Shown one piece after another: positions 42,777-55,924 of a DNA stretch of 64,000 bases. The stretch's first letter is position 1. Each line of letters opens with the position of its first letter. The notes under the pieces were generated by a model. The model was given only the letters and a program-made list of their open reading frames with translations, did no database searches and had not been told where the DNA came from. The DNA is from Macrostomum lignano (Eukaryota). The stretch is taken from the NCBI GenBank assembly GCA_002269645.1, contig NIVC01001671.1, positions 62,001-126,000 of the forward strand, written 5' to 3'. Both the position numbers and the translations under genes were made by a program.

Positions 42777-43474
42777 CAGTAGAAAGACCACGCTATTTTC
42801 CCCATGGGGAAAGACCACGGGGTGTATTACAAAAACACACGACCCATTTCACGATAGCTCGCAAACCGATTTACCGATTTTCGTAAAAGTTCACCATGTG
42901 GATCAAAATTTTCCGCCCTTTCCGACGAACTAACTTTCAAAGTCATCCGACGTCAGCAGCGTCGAGATATTCAACGATTCTTGTTGAAGACACTGGTGGT
43001 AAGGACAACCAACACTACACTTAATAAATCTTTATGGTGAATCGGAATTGGCTCAATAATCTGGGTCCATCTGTCGTAGAGGCCTTTGTTCTCAGCATCC
43101 CAGGCAAAAGGGTCCCTTTCATCACCGTCTGGAGCATCGGCGGCGACCGTCAGGACCTTCAACAAAAGCACCCGATCGGCATCTCAGAGACGGCTGCGTT
43201 CCCAAAACTGAAATGGAAGAATCCTCTTCTGCATGCAGCATTCAGTCAGTAGACATAATCGGTGAATGAAATGGACGATGGCGACTCTCTAGGCTGACCT
43301 GTAGACATACAGGCGACCTTCGGGACCTTCAACCGAGTGCCACCACGCGGCCCCGACGAGCTGACACCGCCAACATCGTGATTTTTCTATCGAGGCACCA
43401 AACCAGGCATGTCTGCATATTATGGGGAAAAATGTTTCCCCATATTGGGGAAGAATAGCGTGGTCTTTCTACTG
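42777..43474. mobile_element. Non-autonomous DNA transposon (MITE-like), 698 bp, TTAA (or TA) target duplication
   Basis: ttaa|cagtagaaagaccacgctattttcccca ... tggggaagaatagcgtggtctttctactg|ttaa. Confidence 0.85.
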
Positions 43475-44049
43475 TTAATAGTTTGTTGCTTTGTTGAACT
43501 TTCAGTCACTGTTTTCATAATTTAAGCGGAACCATATCTAAACAAAACTTCATCTCGAATCAACTAAAATAAGAGTATAGATGCTGCGTAAGGAGCTATA
43601 TAGTTGTCTACCTAATATGACTTTGGCTTTTTGCATGTACAGACGAAGTAAAATGTTAAATAGACACATTTACATCCAGCGACATGTTAAAGTTTCCATC
43701 CCGAAAATATCACAGCCCCAGGTGACGCAATTCATCTCAACTGTAGATGATGCAATTTTCTTCACAACACAATACTTTAGCTTAGGCTGGTGAGGAGAGA
43801 GTGGAGAGTTATGGCTAGAGCTGGATTCGCTAAAACTGCCACTTATTTACCACTGGTTTCGGAACGGAAATTATTAATATTGTGGCCAAGTTTAAAACAA
43901 CAATGGAGTCTAGACTCTGGGTGCAAGCCGAGAATCAGCCGGTAGGGCCACAAACTATCTGTCTGGTACAGTAGAAAGTGTTTATGGTCAGCGTGGCTGG
44001 GCATCGGAGTTCATAGGGTTTTATAAGAACTGTCTGTGCCCTTACAGGC

Positions 44050-44930
44050 TTACTTGACTTTGTTTCAGGAGACATCGACCGGTGGATGCATCGACCATGC
44101 ACCCATTCCGCATTCCACCAATACAGTAGTTTTCATCGAAGTGATGTCGCTCAAGGGGGACCCGTCGGCCTCGCCTCCTCCTTACCGACGGAACTAAATA
44201 CGGCGGAGTCTGCGGCCCAGCAAGTCAACGCACTCGTTGCCAGGGAAACCATGCAGAGTAGCTCCACACCGCTTCTCCTTTGATAAGTACGCATGCACCG
44301 AAGCCAGAAATACCATGCCTCATTGAGCCGTCACCGCAACACTGGACTTTGGAATCGCTCCAGCTGTCACTCGCCTCATGTCGAGGCTGAATGGTGACCT
44401 TTTGTACCTCCGTGAGGACTTTGAGCCCCGCCACACTCCCCGAGTTTTAAGGCAGAGCTGTCAGAGTTCGGGGCAGCGAATGCTTCTTTAAAGGCCCGCA
44501 TTTTTAATGCCACCCCAACATCTAGGAGACGTCGGGTGCTCTTTGCAGCCTCTCCTTTGATCTAAAATGTCCAGAGGAGGGGCACTGACGATCAGGCATT
44601 CTTGCATAGTCATGCGCCAAGCTCTGCCCTGGACTCAATAGAGAGCGTCGACGTCACCCTTGACACTCAGGCCGCTGGCCCACACGAGTCTGACGTAACT
44701 GATCGGATATGAATAACTACAGTGTAAATCCACCACAGCTTTCAAGGGGTGAGCCCCCAGGTAGTTCCCACCGGAGCGCTTGATCTGAGCCAGGACGGCC
44801 ACTTAGTTTATGGCTTTTTGGCTTTAGGGCATGTGGGGAGTCCAGTGAAGCTTGTGGTCCGGAGTGAAGCCCAGCTAGGCGTCAGATCTGCTTCTTCATA
44901 GAAATGTCCCTTCCATAGAGGGTGAGCGGC
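44050..44930 (-). pseudogene. Decayed LINE remnant (RT thumb to RNase H), related to the 56505-62409 element
   Basis: Across frameshifts reads LG.T.DHKLHW.PH, VLAQIKR, WGL.P..LWWIYTVV and DGSMRHGISGFG, paralleling LGVTLDHRLNWSFH, ILAQLRR, WGLSPKRLWWIYTSV and DGSK..TGFG. Confidence 0.72.
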
Positions 44931-45879
44931 TTCATAGTTTAGCGTCAGCGTAACGGCTTCAGTTTATAGAATTGCAATTTCTGTTGGAAAAGGGACATAC
45001 GTATCCCTACATTCTTTCATGATTTGTACTGCCGTTTATTAGCTTTTAAGCCTAAGCTTTGCAGAGCGGTTCCTGTTGAGCATGATCAGCAATGCTGATG
45101 AATAACGCAGGCCACTATCCCTAAAGTTTTGCTCTTCTCTATTGGTCAGTGCGCAAAGCTTTATTCAGGCTCATTTTATGGGCTTCAGCTCCTGTATTCA
45201 TGCAGTGCTCGGCTGTGTACAGATAAGATTATACAGATAGCGTATCAGGATCAGGACTTAGAGTCAATTAAATAAAACTAAGGGCTTTTGGGACACGGAT
45301 CCGGATGAACTTCTACGAACGTATCCTAGAAGAACTGTGCAGGGCGCCTGAAAATAGAGTTAGGGATTGAGATGATAGAGCATGCGGATATGGGGAAACA
45401 AATACACCGTGTGTCACATTTAGTCACTAGCGACTTTCAGAGTGAGCTGCTTCACAATGATTCATGCATGAGCAGAAGCGCTGTACCCGCGAATATGAAG
45501 GATAGAGTAGAGGGCAACTGTAGGAGGGGATAGAAAAGCTGCGAGACTAGATGCACGCACATTGCCTTCAGCGTACCACAGAGCTCACAGTATACTGTAC
45601 TCAGCTCGGCCTCCTCCCCCAGACTGTTTGGTTTTCCTTTCTCCCCACACGACCTCGGCAACGAGTGCCGCCAAGCATTCTTCCCAATCCGCTTCTTCCT
45701 CTCCGCTCTCCTCTACCGTTCGATCCGCTCGCCCTCAAACTGCCGGCGGGCACCATGAGTGCGGTCTGTCAGCAGCATCTTATAGCCGTATATATTGAGT
45801 CCCTTTAACACACCTTTAACTGCATAATAGTTTAAGTTAAGGTAATATCGCAGGCATTGACGCAGAGGACATACATGCA

Positions 45880-47050
<1,171 letters not shown>

Positions 47051-47789
47051 CGTCTTTGGTAAAGCATAAGGCTATCTTAGAGACTTTTCATGGACATAAA
47101 CGATCACCTAAATACAGTATTTAAATGCAGGCTTTGTTAATTTGAAATTATATGAGGTTCTCTTGATAAAAGTATTTATAATTAGCTTCAATTGGAACGT
47201 CAGTAGCTAAGCTAAGATTGTAAATGCTTTTTTGTAGTTCCAATGCTGGAATAATGGTACTGTACTAGAATTAGTTTCCTAGTCCATAGTTGTATAGTCT
47301 TTACAACTCTGGGTGTACTTATAATTTTCTATCTCTGCGTCACAGCTAAAACAGAATTCTATTCAGATATACATGTAAAAGAGCTTGATCGTAAACTAAC
47401 TTGATCGACCTTTGAATGCACACAGAAACATGTAGCTACCTTGCAGTAACTTGCAGAAAATTATCATTATCACGTGATAAACTATTTAAAGCGCTTGTTC
47501 AATCTCTATAAATCTAGTTCGAAGTTTGTATTGAATTCTGGTACCTGTGCAAATTTAAAACTTGCTGAAAATAGAACTTGTGATACGTGGTTTGAGCACT
47601 GAGCACCTGAGTACTTATTATATGGATTGCTCCTAGTAATACAGAAAAATTCTGTACTGTTCTTTACTTAAAAAAAGTCAGAAATATGATTCAATTTTTA
47701 AATTTTATTACAGAATAAAGTTTTAATGTATGATTAAAAAACTGAAATAATAACAAAAATCTTGAAAAATTTTAGTAGACAGGATTTTC

Positions 47790-48037
47790 CAAAAATACAC
47801 TAGCTACGGAGATTGGAAGTTTTCATTTTTCAACACAAAAATGTTATTGCTTTCGATGGGAGGCAGACCCAATGTTCATATTTTGATATGTTGTGCCTTT
47901 CTTATAGCTCCTTTGATATTCATAAAGCTTTTCCTTCAAAAAATTAGGATTATATGTTAATTTTTTATTCTACGTACATTTCCTGTACCTTAAAATCATA
48001 AAAATGCATGCTACAGCTCAAGTCTTTGGTTTTATGA
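47790..48037 (+). repeat. Third copy of the dispersed repeat seen at 37622-38110
   Basis: gttattgctttcgatgggaggcagacccaatgttcat...ctacgtacatttcctgtacc..aaaatcataaaaatgcatgctacagctc. Confidence 0.85.
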
Positions 48038-48319
48038 ACTCGAAGATTAGGAAAGAAGTTGGGTACCTAAAATTATAAAAATATGAGGCGTACATGACCG
48101 TAAATAATAACTATGTCAGGCTCAAATAGTCGGAAATTATAGTTCACCCTATAACTAAGCAAAGTTAACGATTATCATGGAATTTAGCCAAAATATTCAT
48201 GTAGCCTGAAGTTACAGAACACTTTCATTTTAGAAAAGCAATGGCTGGAATATGCTTCATGAATTTCTACGGAAAAGAAGTTGTACATCCATAAATATTT
48301 TAGATCGAATATCCGCCCG

Positions 48320-48890
48320 ATCAAATGTCCCACACACATCAAAGATCCCCCAGATCAAATGTCCCACACACATCAAGTATCCCCCATATCAAATGTCCCA
48401 CACACATCAAGTATCCCCTATATCAAATGTCCCACACACATCAAGTATCCCCCATATCAAATGTCCCACACACATCAAGTATCCCCCAGATCAAATGTCC
48501 CACACACATCAAGTATCCCCATATCAAATGTCCCACACACATCAAAGATCCCCTATATCAAATGTCCCACACACATCAAAGATCCCCCATATCAAATGTC
48601 CCACACACATCAAATATCCCCTATATCAAATGTCCCACACACATCAAGTATCCCCATATCAAATGTCCCACACATATCAAAGATCCCCCATATCAAATGT
48701 CCCACACACATCAAATATCCCCTATATCAAATGTCCCACACACATCAAGTACTCCCAGATCAAATGTCCCACACATATCAAAGATCCCCCATATCAAATG
48801 TCCCACACACATCAAATATCCCCTATATCAAATGTCCCACACACATCAAATATCCCCTATATCAAATGTCCCACATACATCAAGTATCCT
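48320..48890. repeat. 33-34-bp minisatellite (~17 copies)
   Basis: Unit atcaaatgtcccacacacatcaagtatcccccat. Confidence 0.92.
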
Positions 48891-49098
48891 ACTGGGGAAT
48901 TTTTAGAAACTAGATCGAAGGGCGTTGCCTCTCAGCCTCTTCTGCCTCTCCTTTACTTCACGGCTCACTACAAAAGCAGAATCCCATCACAATGGTAAGC
49001 CAATCTCAGAGCGTCTGCAAGCCCTACTTAAGATCCCCCCGGATCTCTGAGCATCCATCCAGCTCAGACCAGAAGTCCGACTTGCTCAAAGGCTCGCC

Positions 49099-50262
49099 AT
49101 GTGCGACTGCGAGAACCTCGATCTGCTTCGCGAAGTCTTCGCTCGCTTCGACACCAACGGCAGCGGCGCCATCGACGTGAAGGAGCTCGTCGGACTGATG
49201 CGAGCGGCGGGACAAACAGTCACCCGGCCGGAGGCTGAAGCGCTGATTCACGAGTTCGACAAGAATTCCAATGGTACCTTGGATTTCCAGGTGCGATTTG
49301 AGTTGCTTGTCTGGGTGTTCTTGTTGTGTTCTTGTTGACTTTGTTCTTGTTGTGGTTTCTTAAATGTGGTGTTGTGTTCTTGCTGACTTTGTCTGGGTTG
49401 TCGAATGTGGTGTTGTGTTCTTGTTGAGTTCGTCTAGGTTGTCGTTTCTTGACCGTGATGTTGTGTCTGTTTCTTTAGACAATGGTTTGTGTCATTAGAC
49501 AGTGGCCTGTGTCTTTAGAGAATGGTCTGTACAGACTACAGACGTCTTTAGACAATGGTTTGTGTCATTAGACAGTGGCCTGTGTCTTTAGAGAATGGTC
49601 TGTACAGACTACAGACGTCTTTAGACAATGGTTTGTGTCATTGAAAACGTTTTGAGTCTTTAGACAATTTTTTGTCTGTGCAAAATTGTTTGTGTCGATG
49701 AAAAACAGTTTTAGTGGTGGTTTTGAGTTTGCGACAACGGCTTTTCATCTTTACTGTGGGGTTGCTGAATTGACGATCGACTGTCGTTATGATGAAGTTA
49801 TGAGTTGTCTTAGACCTTAGAGGTTGTTTGCGTTCAAGAATGTCCCTTAGACATGAGGCTGCTTCTTGGACAATATAGGATTTTTGTGAGGTAGTCTTAA
49901 CTTCTCGACAAGAAAGAAGCACAGCACGCAGCATTCCGCATCCTCAGTCTGCACATCCACCCGACTCCACATCGCAGGAGTTCTCCGCCATGATGTCCGC
50001 CTTCGCAGCCAAAGGCGGTCACCAGCCGCACTCCGAGAGGCAGCGAATCTTTGAGCTGCTCGACCAGAACCAGGACGGCGTGATCTCCCGCACAGAGTTG
50101 CGCTTTGTCATGAATGACATCCTGCAGGAGGGCATGTCGGAGGCTGAGCTAGAGGAGATGATGCTGGCTGCCGACAGCAACCGCGATGGCGTCATCAGCT
50201 TTGAAGAGTTCAGCATCCTGGCTGCCAGTATGAAGGTGTTCGACTGTACCCAATGCGAGTGA
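49099..50262 (+). CDS. Calmodulin-like protein with 4 EF hands, ~158 aa
   Basis: Exons 49099-49290 and 49978-50262 (phase 0). Loops DTNGSGAIDVKE, DKNSNGTLDFQE, DQNQDGVISRTE, DSNRDGVISFEE. The true start may lie in an upstream exon. Confidence 0.9.
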
Positions 50263-50284
50263 CGGGACTCTTTAATTTGCATCT

Positions 50285-50715
50285 GTCTGTGTCTGTGCTG
50301 ATCTAGTCACTCTGTGTCTATGCTGATCTAGTCACTCTGTGTCTATGCTGATCTAGTCACTCTGTGTCTATGCTGATCTAGTCACTCTGTGTCTGTGCTG
50401 ATCTAGTCACTCTGTGTCTATGCTGATCTAGTCACTCTGTCTTTTTATACTGATCTAGTCACTCTGTGTCTGTGCTGATCTAGTCACTCTGTGTCTATGC
50501 TGATCTAGTCACTCTGTCTTTTTATACTGATTTAGTCACTCTGTCTTTTTATGCTGATCTAGTCACTCTGTGTCTATGCTGATCTAGTCACTCTGTCTTT
50601 TTATGCTGATCTAGTCACTCTGTGTCTATGCTGATCTAGTCACTCTGTCTTTTTATGCTGATCTAGTCACTCTGTGTCTATGCTGATCTAGTCACTCTGT
50701 GTCTATGCTGATCTT
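50285..50715. repeat. 25-bp minisatellite (~17 copies) just after the calmodulin-like stop
   Basis: Unit ctctgtgtctatgctgatctagtca. Confidence 0.92.
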
Positions 50716-51434
50716 AGAAGTTCGTGTAACAAATATTTACATTCACAAATCCCTGTCTGTTGACAGCTGTGTTGGAGAGGCCGAGAATAAAAAAGGTCAA
50801 TCGGAAAGAGTGACGCTGGTTCAAACTAAAAAAATCAATATTTTGAAGCCATTTTATAACAAAGTCAATTTTAGCATACACGTGTAGGATCTGTTGTTAT
50901 TCATTCACTCTAAGAAAGAGCCCTTGAGCCTCATGACTATAGTACAACAATGGCAGCTAAAAATCCCGGCCAAGGACTTCTGGGGAGGGCTCTGATCTGG
51001 ATTAACATAAACGGCAGTCTTAATTAATTAATTGCTTCCAGTCCAGATGACTGCTAATTTTAGAAGTCCCTGCTGACCTTCCGGCTATGCTCTATTAATC
51101 GGAAAATGATGATGCTGAAGTTTTCATAACTATATTGTTATTGTGAAACTAGCTAATAATACACTGACTCACACGCTAGATTCAAGTTGGCAGTTGCTCA
51201 TGAGCTGGAGAAGTTTCCGCTCTGCTTGTTGTCAGCCTGAGAGCTTTGAATAGATGTAAAAAACATCGTATTTAGGCGTACATGAGTAAATTTAGAAAAT
51301 TGTTATACTACTGAATCTGTGGTTAATAATAAGTAGCTTAAAAGAATATTTCTTTGAATTCTCTGATTTCGTAGGCAAGTTGGTCAGACTCTGGAGGGTG
51401 TCCATGGGCTCGCGGAGCCTTTTGTAGGTGACAT

Positions 51435-52500
51435 TTTACCTGATTTGACACCTATATTACACCTGATTTGGCGCCTATATTACACTTGATTTGGCGCTTA
51501 CATTACACCTGATTTGGCGCCTATATTACACCTGATTTGGCACCTATATTACAACTGATTTGGCGCCTATATTACACCTAATTTGGCGCCTGTATTACAC
51601 CAAATTTGGCGCCAGTATTACACCAAATTTGGCGCCTATATTACACCTGATTTGGCGCCCATATTACACCAAATTTGGCGCCTATATTACACCTTGATTT
51701 GGCGCCTATATTACACCTGATTTGGCGCCTATATTACACCTGATTTAGCGCCTATATTACACCTGATTTGACACCTATATTACACCTGATTTGACACCTA
51801 CTGGTATATTACACCTGATTTGACACCTATATTACACCTGATTTGACACCTATATTACACCTGATTTAGCGCCTATTTACACCTGATTTGGCGCCATCCT
51901 GATAACTTGACTTGGCGCCATCCTGAAAACTCGATTTGACGCCATCCTGAGACTCAATTTGGCGCCATCCTGACAACTCGATTTGACGCCATCCTGAGAC
52001 TCAATTTGGCGCTATCTTGGCCACTCGATTTGGCGCCATCCTGACAACTCGATTTGACGCCATCCTGAGACTCAATTTGGCGCCATCCTGACAACTCGAT
52101 TTGACGCCATCCTGAGACTCAATTTGGCGCTATCTTGGCCACTCGATTTGGCGCCATCCTGACAACTCGATTTGACGCCATCCTGAGACTCAATTTGGCG
52201 CTATCTTGGCCACTCGATTTGGCGCCATCCTGACAACTCGATTTCGCGCCATCCTGACAACTCGATTTGGCGCCATCCTGACAACTCGATTTGGCGCCAT
52301 CCTGACAACTCGATTTGGCGCCATCCTGACAACTCTACTTGACGCCCTCTTGACAACTCGATTTGGCGCCATTCTGACAACTTGATTCGGCGCCATCCTG
52401 ACAACTTGATTCGGCGCCATCCTGACAACTCGATTTGGCGCCATACTGTCACAACTCGATCTGGCGCCATCCTGACAACTTGATTTGGCGCCATCCTGAC
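51435..52500. repeat. Abutting 23-bp and 24-bp minisatellites
   Basis: (attacacctgatttggcgcctat)n to ~51890, then (tggcgccatcctgacaactcgatt)n. Confidence 0.92.
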
Positions 52501-53014
52501 ACCTTTGATCTGAAAGCTAGCCCACAGCTTCCAAACTTTATCGATAACGCCACACCCCAAAAGTGTGAATTGCATTTTACTGACTCGCTGCAACTTTGAG
52601 CAAACAAAGCATTTTGAATGAAAAAAGAACTAATTTTCATTTACGAGAATTAACGTCAAAAGCCGTGAGAAAGTTCAGAAAGTTTTTCACACGCCCTGAA
52701 ATATTTTCGACTAAAGAGTTGAACTTAGTACTCGTATATGGATGTGTGTGTGTGTGTTCATATTGTAGTTTAGAATCGAAATAGTACATAAAATTTGAGA
52801 AATGAAACAATTTAAATCGATAATTAGCCTGCTAATTAGTTTATCATTGATTTTTGGGCAGAATAAGAATGTTTGCACCGCTACTTGTGGTTGCACCTCT
52901 GCTGCGTCTGACACAGTAAGTCTCTGACATTGCTGGCAGGGTATTCAGTCTCATCTGACAGAGTTTTATAATCAGATACTGTTTGACACGCTTCTAACAC
53001 TTTCATCGACAGTC

Positions 53015-53655
53015 CTGACACATTTATTAACGCTACTGACACATTTATTTATACTACTGACACATTTATTTGTACTACTGACACATTTATTAATACAACT
53101 GACACATTTATTAATACAACTGACACATTCATTAACGCTACTGACACATTTATTAATACAACTGACTCATTTATTAATACAACTGACACATTTATTAATT
53201 TAACTGACACATTTATTAATACAACTGACACATTTATTAATACAACTGACACATTTATTAATACAACTGACACATTCATTAACGCTACTGACACATTTAT
53301 TAATACAACTGACACATTTATTAATACAACTAACACATTTATTAATACAACTGACACATTTATTAATACAACTGACACATTCATTAACGCTACTGACACA
53401 TTTATTAATACAACTCACAGATTTATTAACGCAACTGACACATTTATTAATACAACTGACACATTTATTAACGCAACTGACACATTTATTAATACAACTG
53501 ACACATTTATTAATACAACTGACACATTTATTGACGCTACTGACACATTTTTTGACACTACTGACACATTTATTGACACTGCTGACACACATATTGATAC
53601 TACTGGCACAATTATTGACACTACTGACACATTTATTGACACTACTGACACATCC
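53015..53655. repeat. 21-bp minisatellite upstream of the main astacin exon
   Basis: Unit actgacacatttattaataca. Confidence 0.92.
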
Positions 53656-53754
53656 GTTAAAAAATATACTGTTAGATCATTTCACTAATTTTTGAAAACT
53701 TCTTCAAAACTGCTGACCTTAGTATTTAGTAAACTAAGGTCATTTAAACTGCAG

Positions 53755-55721
53755 ATGCAGGCCCAAGCCAGCGCCATAGCAACGACCGCAACAGATCCGA
53801 CTATGGCCACGAGCCGCCAAGCCGAAGACAACATAAAAATAATTGAAGGCGACATCATGATCTCCCAGACTCACCAATCGCAGATGTTGAATGGCCAAGC
53901 AGCAGCAGCCTCTGCCGCATCAATCTACTGGCCGAATGGTACAGTCTACTACAGTCTGTCAGTAGATTACACAGCATCCGAGGCCGATTACATCGAATCG
54001 AGCCTGCAAGAGCTTCAACTGTACGTGGGAAGTGCCGTCCAGTTCAAGCGGGTGTCGCCGGGAGAGGCTGCCGACTATATTGAAGTGTACAGCGGCTCCG
54101 GCTGCAGTTCCTTTGTTGGCAGACAGACCGGGCCTCAATGGTTGAGTCTTCAGAGAGGCGTCTGCCTGCAGAAGTACATCATCCAGCATGAGTTCATGCA
54201 CGCGCTGGGCTTCTGGCATGAGCAGAGCCGAGCTGACAGGGATCACAGTGTCGTTATCTGGTGGAGTAACATCGACTCTGGGTGAGATTCACCTGCGTGT
54301 GCTCTGCTCCCTGCCGGGTGACACACCTGACACAATTATTGACACTACCGACACAATTATTGACGCTCCTAAAGCATTTATTGAGATAACTGACACAATT
54401 ATTGACATAACTGACACAGTTATTGACATAACTGACACAATTATTGACACTACTGACACAATTATTGACATAACTGACACAATTATTGACACTACTGACA
54501 CAATTATTGACATAACTGACACAATTATTGACATGACTGACACAATTATTGACATGACTGACACAATTATTGACATAACTGACACAATTATTGACATAAC
54601 TGACACAATTATTGACATAACTGACACAATTATTGACATAACTGACACAATTATTGACATAACTGACACAATTATTGACATAACTGACACAATTATTGAC
54701 ATAACTGACACAATTATTGACATAACTGACACAATTATTGACATAACTGACACAATTATTGACATAATTGACACAATTATTGACATAACTGACACAATTA
54801 TTGACATAACTGACACAATTATTGACATAACTGACACAATTATTGACATAACTGACACAATTATTGACATAACTGACACAATTATTGACATAACTGACAC
54901 AATTATTGACATAACTGACACAATTATTGACACTACTGACACAATTATTGACATAACTGACACAATTATTGACACTACTGACACAATTATTGACACTACC
55001 GACAACTATTGACACTACTGACAACTAATGACACTCCTGACATTTACTGACACTCCTGACAATTACTGACACTCCTGACACAATTTTGACACCTGACACA
55101 AATATTGACACTCCTGACAATTATTGAAACTGACGACACAACTATTGTCACTCCTAACACAATTTTGACACTACTGACACATTTATGAGAATTCTGACAC
55201 AGCAGGGGGCATCATGAGTCTAGTATCTGATTATTCGCATCAGAATTAATGGCACAGCGGTCAAGCAGAAGTCCCGGGTTCGAATCCGCCTCCGGGTTCC
55301 TAAGTTGGGATTCACTTGAACTGAAATTTGTAACTGGGAGAATTTCGCTGAAAGTGTAAGACAGCACTCGCCAATTTTGCAGAAGTGCAGCAACTTCGGC
55401 ATATTCTGGTCACCCCCGGCTCGGGGCTACCCAGCCTACGACACCAGCTCCATCATGCACTACGACTCCATGGCCTTCTCCTGCAACAGCCGGTCGGCCA
55501 CAATCACAACAAAGTCATCGGCAATCATTCCCTATCCGGTGCTGCTGACCAAATCCGATATGTTGCGTATTCAATATTACTACGGCACGGGTGATAACAC
55601 TACAATTATTCTGGGCACTACTAAAAGCAGCAATGCACTCTTGGTTGCTTCTCAAACTGTGATAATTGCAGTGGCAGTCTCTGCAAGCCTAGCCTTTGTA
55701 GTGCCGTGGTATTATCGCTGA
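53755..55721 (+). CDS. Astacin-family (M12A) zinc metalloprotease with a hydrophobic C-terminus; 5' end and one junction unresolved
   Basis: Exon 53755-54281: EGDI, WPNGTVYY, GCSSFVGR, HEFMHALGFWHEQSRADRD. Exon ~55383-55721: YDTSSIMHY (Met-turn) and hydrophobic tail VIIAVAVSASLAFVVPWYY. The two best splice sites differ in phase. Confidence 0.85.
54325..55190. repeat. 21-bp minisatellite in the astacin intron
   Basis: Unit actgacacaattattgacata. Confidence 0.93.
55250..55290 (+). mobile_element. tRNA-derived SINE-like head (A box and B box)
   Basis: tggcacagcgg (55250-55260) and ggttcgaatcc (55277-55287), only 16 nt apart. Confidence 0.4.
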
Positions 55722-55924
55722 ACTGGTATCGTGTTGAAAAAGTAGCCTTAGAAAGTTATTTACACAACATATCGGCCACTCAAGCTATTTTATATTATCT
55801 TTTGATATTTAATATTTATTAATATAATTTCAATAAGTAAAGAACTTTTGACTATTTATTAAATCAATAACAAGTAGTTCTTCCATAATTCAAATTCATT
55901 TTTCTAAGAAATCACTAAATCAGG

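Noticed and set aside
42971-43171. RTE endonuclease fragment inside the TTAA MITE
   Set aside because: Only a loose resemblance (LYD..IIE.IP.H.D); the diagnostic GDFN is absent
52869-52915. MFAPLLVVAPLLRLT as the astacin signal-peptide exon
   Set aside because: It ends in phase 2 and hits a stop with both available acceptors (53755, 53761)
53049-55024. INVSVV / IIDITDT ORFs as part of the astacin
   Set aside because: Translations of the 21-bp intronic arrays
55250-55290. tRNA gene
   Set aside because: A and B boxes are only 16 nt apart, with no anticodon arm or acceptor stem
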